From the NCBI GenBank assembly GCA_964187785.1, contig OZ076411.1:67456001-67520000 (forward strand): a stretch of DNA of 64,000 bases, written 5' to 3'. The notes beneath the pieces are model-generated. The model saw only the letters and a program-made list of their open reading frames with translations, had not been told where the DNA came from and did not search any database. Both the position numbers and the translations under genes were made by a program. Of this stretch, positions 25,501 through 37,381 are shown piece after piece. Position 1 is the stretch's first letter. Every line of letters starts with the position of its first letter. The stretch is from Amphiscolops sp. MND2022. Lineage: Eukaryota.

Positions 25501-26591
25501 ACCGTACCCATATTTACTTACCTTCAAGAAGGTCATCCTAAGAATTATGAACAAGCAATCAGAGAGACACTGAGCATCGAGGTATCTCAAGCGTACACCA
25601 CCATCAAAACAGAGCAACAAGCGGAAGAAAACATGATGGGTGTTGTCCGCGCCCGTTCTCGAAAAGCTACTGTCTTGCCACGGGAATACGGCCCGGTTAA
25701 CTGGTATAACGCTCCGGTTGATCTCAACTGGCATCCATTCAGGTTCCCCTGGTCCGCGGACTTTGTCAAGAAGATAATCAACGCGAGTTTGCGGCTATGC
25801 CCGAATGTCTGTCCGGACTACAAATTCAAAATTTTTCAGGTACCCAACCGTTATTGGAAAGAGCCAGTGGGATACCCCCGCGCTCGTCCCATCAGGCGTG
25901 GCAAAGAGCACCTAGACCACCAGGTACGGCACTTGGATGTTGCCAACATCCCCAATGGATATGCGTGGCGGCACAAATACGCGACCGCAGCCTGTCACGG
26001 CGAATGGCCCCCATCCAATACGAACCTGCCTGGCGCCCTCAAGGATGTATGACCATGTCTGGGGACATGCCCCTGGCGCTGCTGGACACGGTAAACCAAG
26101 TCCTAGGCACAGAAATGCGTGCCGAACGGGATGAAGGGTGCCTCAACCTCGGGGTAAGTAAATTCGAAGTGTGGAAAAAGGCCTGTACGCTCTGGAGGCA
26201 AGCCGGATGGGTCTCCAAACGCGTTGCCCTTGCAGCCAGTCATCGAGCTGAGGAAGAGCGTGCAGCACGATACGCTCTCCAAGTGTCTCAAACTGCTGCT
26301 GCCCCCACCATGGCAATGTCACTGGAACAAACGCCCACAGTAGACGCCACACAAGCAGATGAAGAAGTTACAGAAGACGATACAGCTATGCCTGTGACCC
26401 CTAGTCCCTCTGGTGAGCATGCTGCAGAGCTCACGCCTAACGTGGAGTTGGCTGACCCCATCGGTGAACTCACCATCGACACCGATGCTGAGACTGTAGT
26501 GCCCTCACCCGCCAGACAAGTGTCCGTGAGCGATGCCTCATCTCCGCGAGAGAACTCTCCTCGAAGCAGGAACAAATCAGCAATTCAATGA
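22562..26591 (+). pseudogene. Gypsy extra 3' ORF (~1300 aa when rejoined): Pro/Gln-rich N-terminus, SGNH-fold-like domain, hydrophobic helical region, acidic tail
   Basis: Chain of same-strand overlapping or abutting ORFs 22562-23074, 23301-23881, 23885-24454, 24442-24810, 24850-26052, 25797-26591, lying between the pol stop and the PPT inside the LTR pair. Confidence 0.7.
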
Positions 26592-27366
26592 TCTCACATT
26601 CCAACTTGCCAAAACGTCAGTGAGCCCGAGGGCTCACAAATTGAATCAATGAAGCTAGGCCTTCTCAAAACTTCCATGGCCTTATTACGGTGCTGCCTTG
26701 AAACGGTGCAATTTTAGTTAATCGTTTGTAGTTAGATTATTTGATTTGATTCTACGCCTTGGGTGTAAGTTCATTGAGTGCATCTGCCTCTCGTGCCAAT
26801 ACAAATTAACAAAGCTCTTCAAAAAAAGGAACAAGCAAACACTGTTTTTGCTCATCACCTCTAGCGGTATCCAAGAAAGAAATCTTGGTGCGAAAGCACA
26901 GCGAAGTCATAAAAGATCTTTTAAACTAGATTGTCACTCTTTAGTTGAGTCTTGTGCGCTCTATCAACTGTCTATCTTCTGTGTGGAGCTCATACGCTCC
27001 TGAAAAAAAATCATTTTTAAGCAAGAAAACTGTATGAAACGAATCTTTGCCAAATTGGAGAAAAAGACATTTTAGATGGCACTTGCCGCAAAAGGCAAGC
27101 CTTGCTTTAGTCATCACAAGTGTTAAAAATGGCTTAAGCTGCCTGAAAAATCCTAGTTCTCGAGCCGGTGCTACGAACGTCTTCATTTTTTTGTAAAAGT
27201 ATTAGGTTTTGTAGTAAAATTGCAAAAGGATCCAAAAGGCGACGTCTTCAAGATGGCAGTCCTATGCAACGGCATTCTGGTTTCAAGATGTATACACAGC
27301 ATGGGCGGTATCCTGATTCCAGACGAGGATCCCCGATGATTGCCAGGGACGACAAGCCAGGAGCCC

Positions 27367-27376
27367 AGGAAGTGGA
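27367..27376 (+). promoter_or_regulatory. Polypurine tract of the Gypsy element
   Basis: AGGAAGTGGA immediately precedes the TGTGAC start of the 3' LTR. Confidence 0.6.
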
Positions 27377-28451
27377 TGTGACGGCATCCTGTGATCGACA
27401 GAGTCTTTCGAAATTTTGACGATTTTCTGAAAAATTCGTTCAAAAGTGACGTGGCCCTCAAACATGATTTCACGTGGTACCTGCCTGCAAAAATCATAGA
27501 GAGAAGAACAAGCAGACCGCGCGAGGCGGAAAAAAGCGAGCGAACCGACAGAGAAGCAGGAAAACGTGTACGAAACCGTAAAACTATAGCCCATGCGCTA
27601 TTTCCCACGGTGCTCATCACAGGTTGTGCCTAGCCAGAATGTCGGAGTATTTGCAATGTCCGGACCCAGGGTTGTGCCAAACCCGAGTACCAGTGCCATG
27701 CCACCTAAACCCGATACGCCGAACTGGATTTTAACTCTTCCTTGATGTATTTACCGATTTGTTTGATGAATTCTTGTTCAATTCAAGAGCTACTCGTGTT
27801 AATGTCATTTACGTTAGATTCCCTTCTGGATCGTTCAATTCAGTTTTATGCAATTTAGCCCCTTTTTTACAGGCTGTCTAAGCGGTGGTTATGAAAGAAA
27901 AAAGCATAATGCCCGTTATTCTCAGCAATTACACACTGGAACAGGTTAGAAAGCGGGTGGGCGGAAGTAGGTCGAAGGAACGGGATCGAAAATCAGAGTT
28001 AGACCTCAGGTCGACATACCAAATTTTTGAATGGGATCGAAACAACTCGGATCGAAATTTTAATAAGGTAGTCAGATATGTTCACATACCCCTAGTGCCC
28101 TGAATGTAGGAGCGAAACGACGTGCCATATGGCCATGCCTCAATGTTGCTACTTGGCGAAGGGAGCGAAGCGACCGAGCCATACAACAAATACGATAAAA
28201 TTCGACCGCATTCCATTCGATCCCCGCAGTTCGATCAAAAGGTTCGACCTCTGTCCTTTCGACCAGAAATTTCGACCTATTTACAGCCACCCTCAGAAAG
28301 CATCCTTAGGAACGGTTCCCCCTCCACGGGATCGGCTTTCCTTAGGAGGACAAAATGGACTGGAGTTATGGTGATTGGTCCCGAATCTTAACCCATGACG
28401 TCAGTTCCTCCATCCTGTGTAGCGAACAAACGCTAAGCGCTTTTCATTTTA
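27377..28451 (+). repeat. Gypsy 3' LTR (contains MITE insertion)
   Basis: Begins TGTGACGGC, colinear with 9277-10005, followed by ATATA. Confidence 0.88.
27955..28292. mobile_element. 338-bp MITE with 9-bp TSD inserted in the 3' LTR
   Basis: Imperfect TIRs gggtgggcggaagtaggtcgaa / ttcgacctatttacagccaccc. TSD ttagaaagc (27946-27954) / tcagaaagc (28293-28301). The 5' LTR holds the empty site (aggtcagaaagcatcc). Confidence 0.9.
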
Positions 28452-28979
28452 ATATATAAATATTCTCTCCTCTCCGGGAGACAACAGAGGGTAGTAATCA
28501 ATGGCACATTCTCAACCTGGCAGAATGTTACAAGCGGGATACCTCAAGGATCAGTATTAGGTCCAGTGTTGTTCACGATCTACATAAATTCTATGCCGGA
28601 AGCTGTGGAGTCAGAACTTTACCTGTTTGCCGATGACGCGAAGCTCTACAGGGAAATACACTCAGACGCAGATCAGAAAATACTCCAAGATGACCTCCGA
28701 AGGCTGGGAAGCTGGTCGAGTAGCAGTTTACTTCAATTCAATGAGAAAAAATGCGTGAAAATGACCCTCACAACAAAGAAAGACTCCACTGAGAGACATT
28801 ACTTTATGAACACATCAAAGATGTTGGAAAATGTTAGATGTGAAAAACACTTGGGTGTACTAACTGATCACAAACTAAATTTTGACTTGCATATTGCTAA
28901 AAAAATAAAAAGCGAATTCAATGCTTGCTATTATCAGATGATACCGCATAGACTGCAAGATTTTGACATCATGTCTACA

Positions 28980-31500
28980 TTCTTATAATACGAAATTTGC
29001 CTCAATGAGTTATCAATGTGGTTTTGGTGAAGACTACATCTTATACATTCTCGGCGATTTCAATTTTCCTGAAATCGATTGGATTACTCTAACATCATCA
29101 AATACTAATGAGCAAAAGTTTATTGAAACCTCTGACCTGTTAGCAGTTTCGCAGTTAATCGATGTCCCGACTCATAAGTTGGGAAACATTCTTGACCTGA
29201 TTCTAACAAATGACGACACTGGCTTTTTCAATGTTCACCAACAGTTGTTTTGTGATCATTTTCCAATATTATTCTATACGTCTTGCTGCCTGCCTAAACC
29301 AGTTTGTATTGAGTCATTCTCCAAATCTTCTTTTGACCAATTCCTTTTCAACAGTAATCTTGAAACTTTATTCAAGTTCATAACCCTTGATAACATGTCT
29401 AGTCCCTGTTATCCTTACGAATGGTATGAACTTTTAACCCACTCTATTGGAAGCTCTCTGCAGCTCAAGCGTTCCAAAAGACTTCATTTTCCAGCTTTCT
29501 ACTCATCACATACAATCCATATTCTCAATCTTGTTAGAACTAATCAAACAAAATTGAACAAAGGTTGGTCGCTCCACAATTCAATCAAGCATATTGAGTT
29601 GACACGTGCCCTCCCTGAATCTATTGAACTTGACAAACACATTTACATTGAGCAATTCAGCTTAAAGTCGCCAACAGACTGTTTCAAACTTCTGCGTTCA
29701 CTATGTTTTAGTCAATCATATCCTGCTGTTATGTACTTTGAAGATCAAGTTTTACATACTGAAAGTGAGAAAGCAACCTGTTTTAATAACTACTTCGGAT
29801 CAGTATTTGGTCCCAAAACCATCAACCCACCTACTCTTTTCATGTCTTCAGATCACAAACTTTGTCTTGATGATGTTTCTATTCGGGCGGAAACTGTTAC
29901 TTTCATGCTTAGTCAATGCAATGATTCGTCATCCCTTGGTCCATATCTTATTCCCTCCTTCATTCTATATCGATGTTCTCAGATCCTTACTTCCATAGTT
30001 ACTGAACTCTTCAACTGGGTTTTACATAATAGAACTTGGCCTGCTGTGTGGAAGTTGTCTTTTGTTACTCCTCTTCACAAAGATGGTCCGCGAACGCAGA
30101 TAGAAAACTATCGACCAATAAGTATTTTGCCTAAATTGTCTGATATTTTGGAACGTATACTTTTCAATTTTTTATATCCGAAAGTCCGAAATTCGATTAC
30201 TAAAAACCAGCACGGCTTCATGACAAAACGAAGTACTGTAACGCAGATGATATTATATCTTGATAAAGTCTACCGTAATATTGATTCCAACGTACCGTCA
30301 TTAGCTGCATATTTCGACGTCAGAAAAGCTTTCGACTCAGTGCCTCATCACTTACTTCTGCAAAAACTTGTGAAATTCGGGTTCTGTCCAGATTTTATTC
30401 GCTTGTTCTCTTCTTACCTGGATGAACGCTCCAAGTGTGTAAAACTTAATAATACCTTCTCCAGTAAAATAACCGTTTCTTCTGGTGTACCGCAAGGCAG
30501 TGTACTGGGTCCATTACTGTTTATCCTGTTTGTAAACGATATGCCAAACTTAATAGTTTATGGTACTCCTTTCTTGTTTGCTGATGATATGAAGGTGTTG
30601 TTCGATGTTGACAACTTGTATCTTTGGAGTATTGCCAACGGTCTGATCTTTCACCCTTCAAAGTGCAAACTTTTACCTTTTGGTTCCTCGTCTTTCGATG
30701 AGTCATTCATTCTTGGCGACAATGAGCTTCCGGTGGTTGACAATATAAAAGATTTGGGCTTCCTGATTACTCACAATCTAAGCTGGAACAACCACATTGA
30801 CCATAAATTAGCCACTGCTCGAAAAATATTTGGGTTTCTTCGAAGAAATGTTCCATTCAATTGTTCTATTGTCAGAAAGAAACTGCTTTATCAAAGTCTT
30901 ATTTTATCTGTTCTTCTCTACGGTTCCCCTGTGTGGTTTCCCTCCTCCACGTATATTGCAAGACTAGAAAAATTCCAATATAAAGTTTTGAAATGGATGT
31001 TTTCATCAGAGGACTATGTTTCAGGTCTGCTCCAGCTACAGTTTCTTCCAATCTGCTACCAACTCATCAAAGCTGACGTGATTCTACTGTGGAAAATTTA
31101 CAATAGTGATGTTGATTGTGAATACTGTCCATCTAATGTTGCCTCTTGTACGCGTGCATCTTCGGCCAATCAATTTATTATCCCTGATACAAAAAAACTT
31201 GGCTCAAACGCTAACTTCTTCGTACGAGCCACACGTTCTGTAAACTTTCTCCTAAGTCAAAATGTTATATCTTTACCCATGTCTCTATCATCTTTAAAAT
31301 TTTCTCTTGACTGTTATTTCAAGATGCTAACAAAGAATTTTAACATCGATAATTCTTGTTGCTTCTACCTCAAATGTATGTGCACTTGTTGTAGGTCCTA
31401 ATTCACCTGATTTATGTTTTGTTCGTTATAGTTATTTTTTTCTTTGGTAAATAATTTCCGTAATTGGAATTGAGTCTTTTACTACTACTACTACTACTAT
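28980..31500 (+). mobile_element. 5'-truncated L2/CR1-group LINE with open ORF2 (endonuclease C-half plus RT; ORF track 28963-31401)
   Basis: ILGDFN, LDLILT, DHFP (APE); YRPIS, QHGF, DVRKAFD, PQGSVLGP, FADD (RT); no internal stops; (act)n tract at ~31480-31499. 5' boundary approximate. Confidence 0.92.
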
Positions 31501-31909
31501 CAAAAAATATTCCATGAAATTGAACTGCCAGTCACTGAGTGTAATAATTAAGACGCTTGTCAGACCCCACTTGGAATATTGTAACCAAGCATGGCATCCA
31601 CATTTCCAAAAACACAGAAGTAACCTCGAAAATGCCCAGAGACGAGCGACAAGACTCATCCCTTCTCTCGCATCTCTCCCTTATGAACAAAGACTAATGA
31701 AACTAGATCTACCCACCCTGGAGATGTACCCACCGGAAGAGGGGAATAAGATCTAAAGAATAAGATCTAAAATAATAAGATCTAAAATTATGACATGCTC
31801 AACTTCCAAAAGGGGAATAAGATCTAAAATTTTAGATCTTATTCCCTTCAGATGTTATTCTTTGGAGAAAGGGAATAAGATCAAAAATGCATTGATTTTA
31901 GATCTTATT

Positions 31910-32092
31910 NNNNNNNNNNNNNNNNNNNNNNNNNNNNNNNNNNNNNNNNNNNNNNNNNNNNNNNNNNNNNNNNNNNNNNNNNNNNNNNNNNNNNNNNNNN
32001 NNNNNNNNNNNNNNNNNNNNNNNNNNNNNNNNNNNNNNNNNNNNNNNNNNNNNNNNNNNNNNNNNNNNNNNNNNNNNNNNNNNNNNNNNNNN
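31910..32092. other. Assembly gap (183 N)
   Basis: Run of n characters. Confidence 1.
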
Positions 32093-35000
32093 CTTTGTAT
32101 TATTCTAAAAGGCGGTATAAATGACTTTTACAGGGTAAAAAGTGAAAAAAATTTCAAGCACGACAGATGCTACAAGAGCACTTAATAAACCAAGTGCAAG
32201 AACGATTTATATCGAAGGAAGACACTCGATTATGAAGGTAAATAGAAAGGTCCCTTCTGAAGCTGTTGAAGTTATCCAAGACAGAAATATTGATTGCTGA
32301 TAGGTAGTTAGAGTAGCAGCAGATTCTCTGGAAGTAAGATTCCTGGGTTTTGAATTTGTGACAGGGGTTTACTGGGGAAAGATGGATGAATTTGGAGCTT
32401 CTGAGATCTTTAGCAGGATGGCTAAAACATATAAAGTCTTTAATATTTAGGTCATATTTGCCATGGATGGTCTTATTAAGGAAAAGCATGTCTTGGAAAA
32501 CAAGATAGAAAGAAATTGGAAGTGTGTATGTTGCAGCAAGTTGTTCAAGATAGTTTGATAAACCAGTAACCCATTTCAGGCACTTCATGTTGAATAATTC
32601 CAATTTACGTCTGTAAATCAATGAAGGGTACCATATTTGGGAACCATATAGCAAGACACTCAGTACACAAAGACGATAGTAAAGTAGCTTTGTACGGGTA
32701 CAAACATTTCGACGCAGGTTTCGTTTCAAAAACTGGAAAGACTTCCTAGCTGCAATTAATTTAGATTGAATGTGCTTGTCCCAGGATAAGTTGTCAGAAA
32801 CCATGATACCCAAGTCTTTGATAGTATTTACAACTGGTAGTTCGTTGCCATCCAGGAAGAACGGGCCTATTAACTCTCTATTTTTGAAGGAGATAACGTT
32901 GCATTTGTCAATATTGAATCTCATTAGGTTTTCGCCCGACCAGTAAAGAAAACCGTTTATATCGTGCTGCATATCAGAAGTTGTCAAGACTGAGTGAAGT
33001 TTACTGTCATCGGCAAACAAGTAACTCGAGGATGTTTGTACTGTTTTGGGTAGATTGTTAATAAAGATAAGAAATAGAAGGGGGCCGAGCACGCTCCCCT
33101 GAGGAACACCACTTGTAATTTTTGCAGAATCAGAAAGACACCCATTTACGTATACCTTTTGAGATCTTTGATTTAGATAGGATTTGAAAAGCACCAAGAA
33201 ATCGGAGTCAAAATTGAAAGAAGCCAATTTCTGTAGGAGATTGTGATGACAGACTAGGTCAAATGCTTTGGAAAAGTCAAAATAGACTGAGAAGCTGGGT
33301 CCATTCACATCAAGTTGATGATACAATTGGTCAAGATAAGGGAGTAATTGCGTAACTGTTGAACGATTTTTTAAAAAACCATGTTGTTGATCACAAATCA
33401 ATGGTCGTATTTGGGGATAAATGAAACGAAATATAATTTTTTCAAGAATTAAGGATAGTTGAGGCAAATTGCTAATTGGACGATAATTTTCCACATTTTC
33501 GGGGTTACCAGATTTGAGAATTGGCTTTATGGTAGAAAATTTCCAGAAATCAGGCCACTGTTTTGATTTGATAATGGTATTAAAAAGCTGGGTGACAAGA
33601 GGTGCTAGTAGCCCAGGACAGGAGTTGAAAACGAACGTGGGAATGGGATCAGAGCTCGAACAATTAGAGGATGCACTGGAAAGTAATGCTTCAACCATCG
33701 AAATTTCGACTGTCATATCCTGCAGAAACACCAGTGGATTATCAGCTATTGGTAAGAATGTTGAGTTGCTTGTTTGGTATACAGAGCTGAAGTAGGAATT
33801 GAAGAGGTTAGCGATATGAATATTGGTGCTAGCTTTGATATGTTTCCAATGCATCTGGTTAGGTAAATGATTAAGAGAGAAAGAGCGCAGGTACTTGAAG
33901 CAAGAGCGAGTCGAATTGGGTGATAGACTGTCAATCAAGATAGTTTTGTCCAGTTCAATAGAATTTTGTATGTCGTCCTTCAACTTCTTTTGATATGTTG
34001 GTTCATAATTGTTTTTGGCAGCTGTGCGGAGCTTATTAATCATATGTATAGAGTGAGAGGAATAGAAATATGGAAACTCAAGTCTCCTGTTAGTTTTGCG
34101 ATGACAGGATGCATTGATAGCATTCATAAGCACTTGATACCAGAAGGCAACATAATCGTCAAAAGAGAATTGAAGAAAACTGGAGTTAGGGAAGCTCAGA
34201 AGATCATAGTAGTGAGAAGAAAGATTTTGATTGAAGCAGTGAGCGGAGAAGGAAGAAGCTGAATACTTTGATGTTGTTTGAGAACTTTGGTTGGACAAGG
34301 GCTTAGGTAAGGAAAACCATGCAAAAACAGCAAAGTGATCCGAGTACAGACTTTCATCCACACAAACCGTAAAAAGTTCTGGAGTTGAAGTCAATATGAT
34401 ATCGAGTATGCTTCCGGACTTGTAAGTTGGTTCGAAAACAAGTGGCAGGAGATTTAAACTTTCGACTTTTTCCAATATTGCTTTAGAGTAATCAGAGTGT
34501 GCAGTGATTGTTGCCCAACAGACGTCCACCAAGTTAATGTCACCAAGGATTGTGAAAGAATTCGAAGATACAAGATCGTCGTTGAAGTATGAGGAAATGC
34601 AGTCTATTAGTGAATCTGCTTGAATACGGTATGGAGAATTTGTGGGCGGGTTATAAATCAGTAGAAACATGTGAGAGCTGTATTCGTCAAATAAGTAGAT
34701 GGCAGTTGAATAGTCGTTTAGCTTTGAAACTTCTGAATGATTGAATTGAAATCCTTTTTTGGTAGCTATCAAAACCCCACCATGTTCCCCAGTTAATCGA
34801 TCTTGTCTGGAGATTGTTGTATAATTGCTTTTTAGTGGAAAAATTTCAGAATCGTTGATAGATGGATAGAGCCAAGTTTCAGTTAGAAAGATGATATCTG
34901 GGGAATGAAGACTGAGATAATTCAGAAGTTTGAGGCGTTGCGAAACATCGATAAGGCTTTGGACATTGATAAGGCAAGATTTGATTTGCAGTCAATTTTG

Positions 35001-35126
35001 CAAGTTGACCTCAACACCATTTCTCATAAGTTTTAGACCTTTGATTCGCAATTCTTCTTTGGGGACGTTTTCATTGTTAATCATTTGATATCTTTTTTCT
35101 AACACCATCCAAGTATTCCCGTCCTG
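32093..35126 (-). mobile_element. L2/CR1-group LINE: end of ORF1 plus complete open ORF2 (32154-34991, 945 aa, APE + RT)
   Basis: ORF1 tail EELRIKGLKLMRNGVEVNLQN-TGA (34994-34992) is followed in frame by LQIKSCLINVQSL...DIIFLTETWL...GGVLIA...ILGDIN...LDIILTS...SDH...YRPIS...DFSKAFD...PQGSVLGP...FADDSKL. No internal stops. Confidence 0.93.
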
Positions 35127-35524
35127 TAATTTTAGATCTTATTCCCTTTAGATCTTATTTCCTTTTTTGATTTTAGATCTTATTCCCTCCTCTAGTACCC
35201 ACCCTTCTACCCACCCTGGAGTGTAAGATAAGAGAGTCACTGGAGGGATGCTGATGGAAAATGACAGAATCACAAGAAGAAATCAAAGAAAACTTGTGGT
35301 GCAGCCATCGAGAACATCAACAAGAGGAAATTTTTTCACTGTAAGAGCAGCCAATGACTGGAATAGCCTGCCAGATGATGTCACGTCGGCAGGAACCCTT
35401 GACTTTTTTAAAGCGAAATTGGACAACACCTGGAGAAATTTGAACTACGAAATGACGATGGAAGGGGAACCCAAATAGCAATGAGCCAATCACCAAAGGC
35501 TTCGGCCTTAGATTGTGAAACATC

Positions 35525-35995
35525 TATTCTATTCATTCTTTCACTCGGGACTCCATCAATACCTTCAGGGATAACGAGAACCGCAGATGGAACAGTCCGT
35601 ATAATGACAATTTCCTCAGGATTTTCATTTCCAACTTACCACAAGAAATGATTCACTCAACTTTACTGGACGGAAACCCTTTGATTGCCAATATGATAAG
35701 CGATCTCATCGGAAGCTCACGAAGATTAGCTGAAAACCTATGGAAACAGCCGCACACCATCGCCCATGAGTATATCAATTCTCTTGATCTTTTCATCTCT
35801 GATGACTATGCCATTATTAGAAGTTTCATCTCCGGTACAAATTTTATTTAATGTACTGAAACTGCCGCAGGCGATCCTGCCTAATATGTATGCATCCACT
35901 ATATTGTAACTTTTCTTAATTTGTTCTGTTTCATACCTGCCCGCAAAGAGGGGCTTCATTTTAGAATTTATATATATATATATATATTTATTATA
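35525..35995 (+). mobile_element. Short 3' fragment of the same LINE family as 6790-9276, with internal deletion and (TA)n tail
   Basis: cactcgggactccatcaat...gcaggcgatcctgcct...gggcttcattttagaatttatatata matches 8755-9276. Confidence 0.9.
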
Positions 35996-36232
35996 TTTAT
36001 TTATTATTGAAATGTCCTCGATCCATTGAACTCTCAGGTTGCATGATCTCGTTCCTCAATTCTTTTTGTTTTCTATCTTGGTTGGAGTTTTTTTTTGTCT
36101 GTCGCCCGGGCTGGGGCCACATGATGAATAAAGACGCGTTTTTTTCTAAACGCTCATTGATGACGATCCAATTCTGATTGGTTTAAGATAAAAAAGTTAT
36201 TGTGGAACTTTTCAGATTTGAACGCACCAAAG

Positions 36233-36385
36233 ATGGCAAAGAAGGGTAAGAAGAAAAGTGGAGGCAAAAAGAGCAAACTGGATAAAATGACTGAAGAGGA
36301 GCGAATCCTTTACTTGGAGCAGAAAACGCTCCAGGAAGAAGAACAACGGAAGAAGAAAGAAGAACAGATGATGCGTTTTTTGAAG
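36233..36385 (+). CDS. CCDC65: Dynein regulatory complex subunit 2 (DRC2), coding exon 1
   Basis: MAKKGKKK...EEERILYLEQKTLQEEEQRKKKEEQMMRFLK|GT, 51 codons, phase 0; joins in frame to exon 2. Confidence 0.9.
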
Positions 36386-37128
36386 GTTTGTCATCCCTGC
36401 GTTTTCCCTGAACATCCAAGTGCCACTAACGTTTAATTCCGCTGTTTCTGAGCTATTTGGAATTGAGATCCGAAAAGATTTCTGAAACGGCGTAGTAAAA
36501 TAGCTAGTATGGACATTTTAACTGCAAAATTTTAAAAGTTCTAACTATTGGCGCTTCTTGTTTTGTTGTTCTGAAGTTCGACCTAAGTAAGAGAAAAAAG
36601 GAAACATTAAGAAACTCTCATTTTCACACAGCAGACAATTGATTTTCAGTGAGGAATGAAGCTTCAATGTTTTTGACTTTGCAACTGCTGAAATTGAATG
36701 CTTTTCAACTTTTACTGTCATAGGGACTGAAAGAAATAACTGGCAGTGATGATTACACACATTGCTCAAATTTCCATCAAAGGAAATCAAATGCTATAAG
36801 CATAAATTCTACTTTCAAAGAACAAAATATCATATGAAGGACTTTCGACATTTTCGGGATTTTGCTATTTTCACAAATAGTCGTTCATTTTGTCGCCCTT
36901 CTGGAAGAGAAAATTCGGTAAAGTTGTTGTTTTCCGATCATGAGAAAATTCAATTGTACAATTTGTGGTTGCTTATTTTCACAAATTTTCTTATTTCTGA
37001 AAGTCCTCCACTGAAAGACTTCAAATTATTAGTTTACCTGAATTGACCCAGAATATATTTCAAATTTTTTGATGAATTAGTTTCATAATTTCGACCCTAC
37101 CTGCTCTAATTATTGGTTGTTTTTCCAG

Positions 37129-37381
37129 ATGAAACTTCAAAAAGAGGAGAACAACTCAAAGTTCAATCTACATAAGTTGAACACTCAATGGCGTGAAATT
37201 ATGAGACAGTCCAAGAGCAGCGAGCTGAAGAAAGACATTGAAATTCTCAGCCAGACTTTCGAGCGAGTGGTGGACAGGAAGAAGGCTGTGTTGGAATCTC
37301 TGTCTCAAGATCTTCACGAGGCTGAGGAACAGTACAGTATGGCTCTGAGGAGTCACCTTCAGCACGTTGATCGACTCATAG
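37129..37381 (+). CDS. CCDC65: DRC2 coding exon 2
   Basis: ccAG|[22 protein letters not shown]...[20 protein letters not shown]...[21 protein letters not shown]|[16 protein letters not shown] and EAEEQY...ALRSHL match CCDC65 as recalled; phase 1. Confidence 0.95.

Larger units (their letters stand above)
9277..28451 (+). mobile_element. Giant full-length Gypsy/Ty3 LTR retrotransposon (~19.2 kb), decayed, TSD ATATA
   Basis: Paired ~729-bp LTRs, PBS, PPT, order gag-PR-RT-RH-INT, and ATATA at both 9272-9276 and 28452-28456. Confidence 0.9.
31735..35194. mobile_element. MITE/foldback element with ggaataagatctaaaa subterminal arrays and 9-bp TSD, hosting the minus-strand LINE and the gap
   Basis: Forward aataagatctaaa repeats at 31740-31830 and reverse tttagatcttattcc repeats at 35130-35190. 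gtacccacc occurs at 31726-31734 and 35195-35203. Confidence 0.75.
28470..35525 (+). mobile_element. CR1-type LINE 3' portion, split into three pieces (~28470-28980, ~31505-31723, 35206-35525) by later insertions
   Basis: Piece 1: PQGSVLGPVLF, FADDAKLY, FNEKKC, EKHLGV. Piece 2: LVRPHLEY...LDLPTLE. Piece 3: FFTVRAANDWNSLP...FKAKLD. A 3' hairpin aaggc-ttcg-gcctt lies at 35496-35509. Confidence 0.88.

Noticed and set aside
22562-26591. Calling the third Gypsy ORF an env gene
   Set aside because: No N-terminal signal peptide, furin cleavage site or C-terminal transmembrane anchor seen; position alone is insufficient.
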